Below, piece by piece: positions 1 to 9,134 of a stretch of 64,000 nucleotides of DNA. The stretch covers positions 62,001-126,000 of the forward strand of contig NW_027139260.1 in the NCBI RefSeq assembly GCF_035084215.1, written 5' to 3'. A program made the position numbers and the translations under genes. The notes under the pieces are model-generated. The model searched no databases and was not told where the DNA came from. It was given only the letters and a program-made list of their open reading frames with translations. Source of the DNA: Heptranchias perlo. Its lineage: Eukaryota. Numbering within the stretch: position 1 is the first letter of the stretch; each line of letters opens with the position of its first letter.

Positions 1-287
1 AGCTTGTGATGTAAAATCAGGGTGTGCAGCTCCCCACACGCACTGAGAATCCTCGTTCTCCGTCCCCTTGTTCCCCATTCACCCACCAGTGGAAACAATC
101 TCACTATTTACCCACAGTAAGGTCCCCAGGTTTTACTCACCCCTTTACAGAGTGCTCCTCTCTCAGTGCTACTCCCACTCACCACCTTGCTGCTGCTCCT
201 GGCACTGCAGGAAATGCTGGTCCCCTCGCCCACCCCATTCCCCAGTCTCCATCTCCCCCCAATCCCCAGTCTCCCTCTCTTTCCCCC

Positions 288-408
288 CGAGCCCCGATCT
301 CCCGACTCGCCCCGAGCCCTGATCACCCGACTCCCCCCCGCACTCGAGCCCGATCACCCGACTCCTGCCCCCCACCGAGCTCCGATCACCCGACTTCAGC
401 CATCCGAG
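288..408. repeat. Short degenerate tandem repeat, about 4-5 copies of GAGCCC(C)GATCACCCGACTC
   Basis: The motif gagcc..gatc(a/t)cccgact recurs at about 289, 315, 346 and 377, directly before the L2 coding homology begins. Confidence 0.6.
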
Positions 409-1864
409 TCCCAAGTAAAACCATTACTCTCTTCCACCCTGGTCGTTCCCCATCTCCACCCCTTAAGTCCAAGGGACACAGACTTGAACGTTTATGGCGG
501 ACAACTGGTTTAGCCATTCATCGCCAGATCTGGCTGGACCACATAAAGCACTATCGGGTCCTGCTCTCCTCTGCCCAAACTGCTCACTATTCCAGGATCA
601 TCCTGGAATGTAAAGATAATCCCCGGCTTCTCTTCACTACAAACCGTCCTCTTAAACCCCTCTATCCTGCCCCCTCCACCCTCATCTCCAACAAGTGCGA
701 GGAGCTCATGGACTTCTTTGTCACTAAGATTAAGACCATTCATTCAGCTGCCTCTGATGCTTCCCCCCTTCCCCGAGCCCACAAGCCAAACCTTCCCCTA
801 CGGTTCCCCCCTGCCCTGGCCCTGACCCCATGTCTCACTCTAGTTTCTCCCCTATCTCACCTCATGCCCTCTCCGAGCTCATCCTGACCATGAGACCCAC
901 CTCCTGTTCCCTCAATCCTATTCCCAATAAACTGATGACCACCCAACTTCCCTTCCTGGCTCCTATGTTTGCTGATATTGTTAACGGTTCCCTCTCCTCA
1001 GGTACTGTCCCCCTCCCCATTAAATCTGCTGTCTTCAACCCCCCCCCCCCCTCAAAAAACACACCCCTGACCATTTTCCAATCAGGTTTCCACCCCTGTC
1101 ACAGTACTGAAACGGCCCTGATCAAAGTCACAAATGACATCCTCTGTGACTGTGACCGTGGTAAACGATCCCTCCTCATCCTTCTCCACCTGTCTGCAGC
1201 CGTTGACCACACCATCCTCCTCCAACACCTCTCCTCCATCGTCCAGCTGGGTGGGACTGCGCTCACCTGGTTCCATTCTTATCTATCCAGTCGTAGCCAG
1301 AGAATCACCTGCAATGGCTTCTCTTCCCACTCCCGCACCGTTACCTCTGGAGTCCCCCAAGGATCGATCCTTCGCCCCCTCCTATTTCTCATCTCCACGC
1401 TGCCCCTCGGTGACATCATCCTAAAACACAACGTCAGGTTCCACATGTACACTGACGACCCCCAGCTCGACCTCACCACCACCTCCCTCGACCCCTCCAC
1501 TCTCTCTCATTGGTCACATTGTTTGTCCGACATCCAGGACTGGAGGAGCAAAAATTTCCTCCAATTAAATATTGGGGAGACTGAAGCCATTGTCTTCGGT
1601 CCCGGATTTCCTTCACCCCACCATTGGCGGCCGTGCTTCAGCTGCCTAAAGCCTAAGCTCTGGAATTCCCTCCCTAAAGCCCTCCACCTCTCTCCATTCT
1701 CCTTTAAGAAACTCCTTAAAATCAATTATTTGACCAAGCATTTAGCCATCCCATGTAATGTCTCCTTCTTTGGCTCGGTGTCAACCTTTGTCTGAATACG
1801 CTCCAGTGAAGCGCCTTGGGGCATTTTCCTACGTAAAAGGTGCTATATAAATGCAAGTTGTTGT
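405..1864 (+). mobile_element. Decayed L2-clade LINE (ORF2/RT remnant plus 3' end), antisense within intron 1 of the MHC-like gene
   Basis: Translations show L2 RT motifs: FQSGFHPCHSTETALIKVTND, LHLSAAVDH, GVPQGSILRP, HMYTDD (degenerate YADD), FLQLNIGETE, KLWNSLP. There is a frameshift near 830-887 and apparent internal deletions near 1070 and 1605. The element ends in an L2-type tail, GGTGCTATATAAATGCAAGTTGTTGT. Confidence 0.9.
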
Positions 1865-3320
1865 AATATAAATATAAATATAAATATAACTCACAGACTG
1901 CACTCCCTGTAATAACACCACACTGAGCCCAGTGAGATCAGGATTATTAATATAATATAATAACTCACAGACTGCACTCCCTGTAATAACACCACACTGA
2001 GCCCAGTGAGATCAGGATTATTAATATAAATATAATAACTCACAGACTGCACTCCCTGTAATAACACCACACTGAGCCCGGTGAGATCAAGATTATTAAT
2101 ATAAATATAATAACTCACAGACTGCACTCCCTGTAATAACACCACACTGAGCCCAGTGAGATCAGGATTATTAATATAAATATAAATATAATAACTCACA
2201 GCCTGCACTCCCTGTAATAACACCACACTGAGCCCAGTGAGATCAGGATTATTAATATAAATATAAATATAATAACTCACAGCCTGCACTCCCTGTAATA
2301 ACATCACACTGAGCCCAGTGAGATCAGGATTATTAATATAATATAAATAATAACTCACAGACTGCACTCCCTGTAATAACACCACACTGAGCCCAGTGAG
2401 ATCAGGATTATTAATATAATATAAATAATAACTCACAGCCTGCACTCCCTGTAATAACACCACACTGAGCCCAGTGAGATCAGGATTATTAATATAAATA
2501 TAATAACTCACAGCCTGCACTCCCTGTAATAACACCACACTGAGCCCAGTGAGATCAGGATTATTAATATAAATATAACTCACAGCCTGCACTCCCTGCA
2601 ATAACACCACACTGAGCCCAGTGAGATCAGGATTATTAATATAAATATAATAACTCACAGACTGCACTCCCTGTAATAACACCACACTGAGCCCAGTGAG
2701 ATCAGGATTATTAATATAATATAAATATAACTCACAGCCTGCACTCCCTGTAATAACACCACACTGAGCCCAGTGAGATCAGGATTATTAATATAAATAA
2801 TAACTCACAGCCTGCACTCCCTGTAATAACATCACACTGAGCCCAGTGAGATCAGGATTAATAATATAAATATAATAACTCACAGACTGCACTCCCTGTA
2901 ATAACACCACACTGAGCCCAGTGAGATCAGGATTATTAATATAAATATAATAACTCACAGACTGCACTCCCTGTAATAACACCACACTGAGCCCAGTGAG
3001 ATCAGGATTATTAATATAAATATAATAACTCACAGACTGCACTCCCGAAAATAACATCACACTGAGCCCAGTGAGATCAGGATTATTAATATAATATAAT
3101 AACTCACAGACTGCACTCCCTGTAATAACATCACACTGAGCCCAGTGAGATCAGGATTATTAATATAATATAATAACTCACAGACTGCACTCCCTGTAAT
3201 AACACCACTGAGCCCAGTGAGATCAGGATTATTAATATAATATAAATAATAACTCACAGCCTGCGCTCCCTGTAATAACACCACACTGAGCCCAGTGAGA
3301 TCAGGATTATTAATATTAAT
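1865..3320. repeat. Minisatellite, ~75-bp unit (72-81), 19 copies
   Basis: Unit: AACTCACAG(A/C)CTGCACTCCCTGTAATAACACCACACTGAGCCCAGTGAGATCAGGATTATTAATAT plus a variable (ATAAAT/ATAAT) tract. I counted CTCACAG anchors from about 1890 to about 3253. Confidence 0.97.
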
Positions 3321-3363
3321 AATATTTATAATCTGTATTAAATTTTACTATTTAATAACTCAC

Positions 3364-3430
3364 ATTCTCCAGCCCAGGCTCCGTGTATTAAAACCAGCGC
3401 TAACACAGTAAAGTATCGCCCAACTTCCAT
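3364..3430 (-). CDS. mhc2daa: Exon 1 (signal peptide) of a probable MHC class II alpha chain gene; downstream exons lie outside the window (<1)
   Basis: The minus strand reads ATG GAA GTT GGG CGA TAC TTT ACT GTG TTA GCG CTG GTT TTA ATA CAC GGA GCC TGG GCT GGA GAA T|GTGAGT = MEVGRYFTVLALVLIHGAWAGE. It has a hydrophobic core, an A-W-A cleavage motif, and a consensus donor in phase 1 as in MHC leader exons. From memory it resembles the nurse shark class II alpha leader (not database-verified). The X1-Y promoter module lies about 150 bp upstream. Confidence 0.8.
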
Positions 3431-3582
3431 TCTGTTGCTCTTGTGTCTCCTCAATGTGACCAGTCTTCACTCACTGCCAGCTCCTCTTAATCTGCTCTCA
3501 GTCTCTCTCTGAAGTTTAGTTTCTATCTCACTCACTTTACTGAAGTATCACTCTGTAATTGACATGTGGTTTAGGATTAATA

Positions 3583-3592
3583 AACCAATCAC
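3583..3592 (-). promoter_or_regulatory. MHC Y box (inverted CCAAT, NF-Y site)
   Basis: Minus strand GTGATTGGTT versus consensus CTGATTGGYY, about 153 bp upstream of the ATG. Confidence 0.8.
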
Positions 3593-3611
3593 ACATTGAG
3601 ATCTCACCCAT

Positions 3612-3625
3612 CAGCTGTTTCCAGG
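3612..3625 (-). promoter_or_regulatory. MHC X1 box (RFX site)
   Basis: Minus strand CCTGGAAACAGCTG versus HLA-DRA X1 CCTAGCAACAGATG. Exactly 19 nt (3593-3611) separate it from the Y box, matching the conserved 19-20 bp X-Y spacing. Confidence 0.75.
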
Positions 3626-3879
3626 TGAAATGCGAGCCTGTCCTGAATTTCACTGAATGAGTCCTTGCGTTTGTTCTATTTGTGAAAGAATTGCAGTGAG
3701 ATGAAGATTTTTTTCGGTGGAGATGTTTGGAAGTGAAGAGATACTGTTTACTTGTACTGAACTAAACTGTTCCTGTTAATGGTTTTACTCTCTCCTCCAG
3801 ACCCATTCTACATTCCCAGCTAATATGTCGAGTGGAAAGGACCTTGTCCATTCTGTTTGATTTAACAGCATTTATCAGA

Positions 3880-3987
3880 AATAAAAACAGATGCTGGAAA
3901 CACTCAGCAGGTCAGGCAGCATCTGTGGGGAGAGAAACAGGGTTAATATTTCAGGTCGATGACCTTTCATCAGTATTAATCAGAACT
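3880..3987 (-). mobile_element. Short interspersed repeat remnant, probably a Penelope-like element terminus, with a degenerate minimal hammerhead core
   Basis: AAAAACAGATGCTGGAAACACTCAGCAGGTCAGGCAGCATCTGTGG...GTTAATATTTCAGGTCGATGACCTTTCATCAG resembles a common shark repeat (recollection). The minus strand carries CTGATGA-a-AGGTC-atc-GACCT-GAAA. Confidence 0.55.
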
Positions 3988-4399
3988 TTCCCTCAGGACG
4001 ATAAATGTATTGGGGTAAAGTTCATGGTGGAATCTCCCCTTTTGTGGTGCCTTTTTCTCTCTTGCCCTCTGCTGGAGATGCTGACTACAGAGGGAATAAG
4101 GTAAGACAAGCAGGGTAGGTGCCTCAGAGCCTGAAATCAGGCAGTGAAAATCACAATCACAACGTTTGAAGATGTTACAGTTTTGAGTTACAGATCGTGT
4201 TCCCCGTGCTCGAGGGTCCGTCTCACAGTGTCTCTGTTGTGAGATCTTCCCATCCTCCCAAACCAGGACAAGCCTGAAGGCAAAGGTAAGGACATAGGTT
4301 TTATTTACCCTGGTCCTGACAATAAATTCTGGCAGGTGTGTAATTGTTTGCTGCCATCCCTGCCTTACCCTCAGCACCTGCCATTAATGTCACACACAT

Positions 4400-4643
4400 G
4401 GGGGTGATTTTAAACCTCCAAGAACGGGTGGGTTGGGGGGGTGGGAGTTGAAAATAGTTGTTTTTTTTGGGTCGCGACCGCAACCCGGCTTTATTTCCGG
4501 GTTTAACGTCGGTGAGTAAAAGTCCAGGCTTCCCACTGGGAATGCAAAGTCTGAAAATTTTGCTGTTACGACCCAAAAAAACAACAATTTTCAACTCCCA
4601 CCCGCCCCCAACCCACCCGTTCTTGGGGGTTAAAATCGCCCCC
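4400..4643. mobile_element. MITE / non-autonomous DNA transposon with ~85-bp imperfect terminal inverted repeats, possibly PIF/Harbinger type
   Basis: The left arm GGGGGTGATTTTAAACCTCCAAGAACGGGTGGGTTGGGG...GAGTTGAAAATAGTTGTTTTTTTTGGGTCG is the reverse complement of the right arm CGACCCAAAAAAACAACAATTTTCAACTCCCACC...CCCGTTCTTGGGGGTTAAAATCGCCCCC. CAT flanks both sides (4397-4399 and 4644-4646) as a 3-bp TSD. Confidence 0.85.
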
Positions 4644-4667
4644 CATGGTCTCCGAACAATCAGATTC

Positions 4668-5748
4668 GCTCCACACCGTCCCATCAAACATTCCCAGGGC
4701 AGGTACAGCACGGGTTAGATACAGAGTAAAGCTCCCTCTACACTGTCCCATCAAACACTCCCAGGGCAGGTACAGCGCGGGTTAGATACAGAGTAAAGCT
4801 CCCTCTACACTGTCCCATCAAACACTCCCAGGGCAGGTACAGCACGGGTTAGATACAGAGTAAAGCTCCCTCTACACTGTCCCATCAAACACTCCCAGGA
4901 CAGGTACAGCATGGGTTAGATATGGAGTAAAGCTCCCTCTACACTGTCCCATCAAACACTCCCAGGACAGGTACAGCACGGGTTAGATACAGAGTAAAGC
5001 TCCCTCTACACTGTCCCATCAAACACTCCCAGGACAGGTACAGCACAGGGTTAGATACAGAGTAAAGCTCCCTCTACACTGTCCCATCAAACACTCCCAG
5101 GACAGGTACAGCGCGGGTTAGATACAGGGTAAAGTTCCCTCTACACTGTCCCATCAAACACTCCCAGGGCAGGTACAGCACAGGTTAGATATGGAGTAAA
5201 GCTCCCTCTACACTGTCCCATCAAACACTCCCAGGGCAGGTACAGCACAGGTTAGATATGGAGTAAAGCTCCCTCTACACTGTCCCATCAAACACTCCCA
5301 GGGCAGGTACAGCACGGGTTAGATACAGAGTAAAGTTCCCTCTACACTGTCCCATCAAACACTCCCAGGGCAGGTACAGCACAGGTTAGATATGGAGTAA
5401 AGCTCCCTCTACACTGACCCATCAAACACTCCCAGGGCAGGTACAGCACGGGTTAGATACAGAGTAAAGCTCCCTCTACACTGTCCCATCAAACACGCCC
5501 AGGGCAGGTACAGCACGGGTTAGATACAGAGTAAAGCTCCCTCTACACTGTCCCATCAAACACTTCCAGGGCAGGTACAGCACGGGTTAGATACAGAGTA
5601 AAGTTCCTTCTACACTGTCCCATCAAACACTCCCAGGGTAGGTACAGCACGGGTTAGATACAGAGTAAAGTTCCTTCTACACTGTCCCATCAAACACTCC
5701 CAGGGCAGGTACAGCACGGGTTAGATACAGGGTAAAGCTCCCTCTACA
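4668..5748. repeat. 67-bp minisatellite, ~16 copies (left part)
   Basis: Unit CTACACTGTCCCATCAAACACTCCCAGGGCAGGTACAGCACGGGTTAGATACAGAGTAAAGCTCCCT; period 67 (4741 to 4808). Confidence 0.97.
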
Positions 5749-5901
5749 TAAATACATAAAGGGCAAAAGAGTAACTAGGGAGAGAGTAGGGCCTCTTAAG
5801 GATCAACAAGGTCATCTATGTGCGGAACCACAAGAGATGGGTGAGATCCTAAACGAATACTTCGCATCAGTATTTACGGTTGAGAAAGGCATGGATGTTA
5901 G

Positions 5902-7024
5902 TGTAAGGGGTTTCTTTTTTACTGTTTCTCGGGCTTATAATAGGTCAGCCAGTTATGTTTTCCTGAGCTGCCCTGCCCGCAGTGCGGTTGCGAATCGCTT
6001 ACCCCTTCCTGATTCTGAGCTGAGGACTTATCGAGTGGTAACAAAGACAGACAAACAGACCAGTGGATTGGTACAAGGAAAATCAATGTTTATTAATAAG
6101 AAAACTAAAACTACAAAGTAAACAGTATAATACAGAAGATAAAAAGAAATCGCTATGGATGTAATACAGTCTTATGCTTAACGGGTTGGAAGAAACGGAC
6201 ACATCGAGGGAAAATTCTAAAATCACAAGTTTAGCAATATCCCCTTTAACCCCCACCCTTACACCTATGCTAAGCTGTCTTGTGGCGGCCAGAAAATTAA
6301 TGCTCACCAGTGAAAACAGATGAAAATGCCTGGCCCCTGATGCCCTGCTGCTGCCGTCGACATGTGGTTGCGAGGTTTACTGGATGGCCTTCCTTCTTAG
6401 TTGCTAGCAGACAGCAGGACCCCGAGCCAGGAGGCGAAGAGAAAAGAGGAGAGAGAGAGATACTGGGCAGCCCCAGTTATACCCTCTTGGTAACAGGTTT
6501 TTTTCATACCTCATCAGCTTGCTTCATTGTTTGATTTAAGCACGAAACGTAAGACAAAGGACCCCATCTCTGGTCCATTTACATTAATGGCCAATTCCTG
6601 TATTTCTGAGTTCCATAACTGCTTTAAGACAAAGGACCTAATTTCTGGCCCATTTACATAATGGCCGTTTCCTGTATCGATCTGTTCGCTAACTGCTTTA
6701 CCATTGTTCCGAATGTACCTTGATGGTTCACCTTTTGTCCTGCGATCACTTCCTGCTCGAATTTTGATGTGTTGGCCGGCCATGTTGATAGCTTGCCTCA
6801 GGGCTAGAATGCAGCTGCATTGTTTAAAGAAACCTGTCTGAGACACGAAGCCTGCCGAGTTGTTGAGAATGCAATTTCAAATCTGCCGGTCCTCGGCCAT
6901 GTGTCTGACTGCTGCCATTTTGAGAGACCTTGGATTTTTTAAAACAGTCACACCAGGGTTTCTTTAATAACTCCAATAAATCTTCGGGGTGGGGGGAACA
7001 TGTGAAATTTTGCGAATCCCTTCA
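5902..7024 (-). mobile_element. Solo LTR, 1123 bp (Gypsy or ERV type)
   Basis: Termini TGTAAGGG...CCCTTCA (TG..CA, short inverted repeat). A 4-bp TSD, TTAG, lies at 5898-5901 and 7025-7028, and removing the insert restores the CR1. The minus strand has TATAA near 6480 and AATAAA near 6090. Confidence 0.92.
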
Positions 7025-7028
7025 TTAG

Positions 7029-8560
7029 GGAACTTGGGGAAATAAATAGTGATGTCTTGAGGAGTGTACATATTACAGAGAGGGAGGTGCTGGAAGTCTT
7101 AACGCGCATCAAGGTAGATAAATCTCCGGGACCTGATGAAATGTATCCCAGGACGTTATGGGAGGTTAGGGAGGAAATTGCGGGTCCCCTAGCAGAGATA
7201 TTTGAATCATCCACCGCTACAGGTGAGGTGCCTGAAGATTGGAGGGTAGCAAATGTTGTGCCTTTGTTTAAGAAGGGAGGCAGGGAAAAGCCTGGGAACT
7301 ACAGACCGGTGAGCCTGACATCTGTAGTGGGTAAGTTGTTAGAGGGTATTCTGAGATACAGGATCTACGGGCATTTGGAGAGGCAGGGACTAATTAGGAA
7401 CAGTCAGCATGGTTTTGTGAGAGGAAAATCATGTCTCACAAATTTGATTGAGTTTTTTGAAGGGGTAACCAAGAAGATAGATGAGGGCTGTGCAGTAGAC
7501 GTGGTCTACATGGACTTTAGCAAGGTACCGCATAGTAGGTTGTTACATAAGGTTAGATCTCACGGGATCCAAGGTGAGGTAGCCAATTGGATACAAAATT
7601 GGATTGACGACAGAAGACAGAGGGTGGTTGTCGAGGGCTGTTTTTCAAACTGGAGGCCTGTGTCCAGCGGTGTGCCTCAGGGATCGGTGCTGGGTCCGCT
7701 GTTATTTGTTATTTATATTAATGATTTGGATGAGAATTTAGGAGGCATGGTTAGTAAGTTTGCAGATGACACCAAGATTGGTGGCATTGTGGACAGTGAA
7801 GAAGGTTATCTAGGATTGCAACGGGATCTTGATAAATTGGGCCAGTGGACCGATGAATGGCAGATGGAGTTTAATTTAGATAAATGTGAGGTGATGCATT
7901 TTGGTAGATCAAATCGGGCCAGGACCTACTGCGTTAATGGTAGGGCGTTGGGGAGAGTTATAGAACAAAGAGATCTCGGAGTACAGGTTCATAGCTCCTT
8001 GAAAGTGGAGTCACAGGTGGATAGGGTGGTGAAGAAGGCATTCAGCATGCTTGGTTTCATTGGTCAGAATATTGAATACAGGAGTTGGGATGTCTTGTTG
8101 AAGTTGTACAAGACATTAGTAAGGCCACACTTGGAATACTGTGTACAGTTCTGGTCACCCTATTATAGAAAGGATATTATTAAACTAGAAAGAGTGCAGA
8201 AAAGATTTACTCGGATGCTACTTGATGGTTTGACTTATAGGGAGAGGTTGGATAGACTGAGACTTTTTCCCCTGGAGAGTAGGAGGTTTAGGGGTGATCT
8301 TATAGAAGTCTATAAAATAATGAGGGGCATAGATAAGGTAGATAGTCAAAATCTTTTCCCAAAGGTAGGGGAGTCTATAACGAGGGGGCATAGATTTAAG
8401 GTGAGAGGGGAGAGATAGAAAAGGGTCCAGAGGGGCAATTTTTTCACTCAAAGGGTGGTGAGTGTCTGGAACGAGCTGCCAGAGGCAGTACTAGAGGCGG
8501 GTACAATTTTGTCTTTTAAAAAGCATTTGGACAGTTACATGGGTAAGATGGGTATAGAGG
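7029..8560 (+). pseudogene. CR1 ORF2 reverse transcriptase, defective
   Basis: Motifs KSPGPD, NYRPVSLTS, QHGF, GVPQGSVLGP, KFADD and YCVQFWSP are present. The AFDK motif is deleted (MDFSK-VPH), and a premature TAG at 8416-8418 precedes the terminal FFTQRVVSVWNELP. Confidence 0.9.
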
Positions 8561-8666
8561 GATATGGGCCAAGTGCAGGCAACTGGGACTAGCTTAGTGG
8601 TATAAACTGGGCGACATGGACATGTTGGGCTGAAGGGCCTGTTTCCATGTTGTAAACTTCTATGAT

Positions 8667-9013
8667 TCTACACTGTCCCATCAAACACTCCCAGGGCAGG
8701 TACAGCACAGGTGAGATACAGAGGAAAGCTCCATCTACACTGTCCCATCAAACACTCCCAGGGTAGGTACAGCACGGGTTAGATACAGAGTAAAGCTCTC
8801 TGTACACTGTCCCATCAAACACTCCCAGGGCAGGAACAGCACGGGTTAGATACAGAATAAAACTCCCTCTGCACTGTCCCATCAAACACTCCCAGGGCAG
8901 GTACAGCACGGGTTAGATACAGAGTAAAGCTCCCTCTACAATGTCCCATCAAACACTCCCAGGGTAGGTACAGCATGGGTTAGATACAGAGTAAAGCTCC
9001 CTCTACATTGTCC
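8667..9013. repeat. 67-bp minisatellite, ~5 copies (right part)
   Basis: Same unit as 4668-5748, resuming in register after the CR1 tail. Confidence 0.95.
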
Positions 9014-9134
9014 AAGTTACGATGTTTTTATCACACACCAGACATCTTGGCCTAGATTTTTGTCTTCACCGTTCGAGAAGGAGCTTCACCCATTGGGAGT
9101 TCCGATTGGAAATTGCGGAGCTCATTACACACGT

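Larger units (their letters stand above)
5749..8670 (+). mobile_element. 5'-truncated CR1 LINE inserted into the 67-bp minisatellite and itself interrupted by a solo LTR
   Basis: The 5' piece encodes KYIKGKRVTRERVGPLKD...MGEILNEYFASVFT, and coding resumes after 7028. The 3' end carries the CR1 tail TTCTATGATTCTA. TCTACA occurs at both junctions (5743-5748 and 8667-8672). Confidence 0.95.

Noticed and set aside
24-400. Pro/Ser-rich N-terminal part of the 287-aa ORF, or MHC exon 2 in 1-300
   Set aside because: This is C-rich low-complexity sequence, and I found no alpha1-domain motifs on the minus strand.
1915-1940. Shared CACTGAG / CTGTCCCA / ATCAAAC words among the 75-, 67- and 61-bp repeats implying common origin
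   Set aside because: The matches are only 7-8 nt and not collinear over the units, which is insufficient evidence.
1891-2685. 264-aa ORF with repeated LLQGVQS resembling an immunoglobulin V leader end
   Set aside because: This is a minisatellite translation. No V domain or RSS follows, and the frame runs through AT-rich spacers.
4024-4100. MHC class II beta leader exon, head-to-head with alpha
   Set aside because: The intron phase is 2, not 1; there is no dedicated X-Y module and no beta1/beta2 exons downstream.
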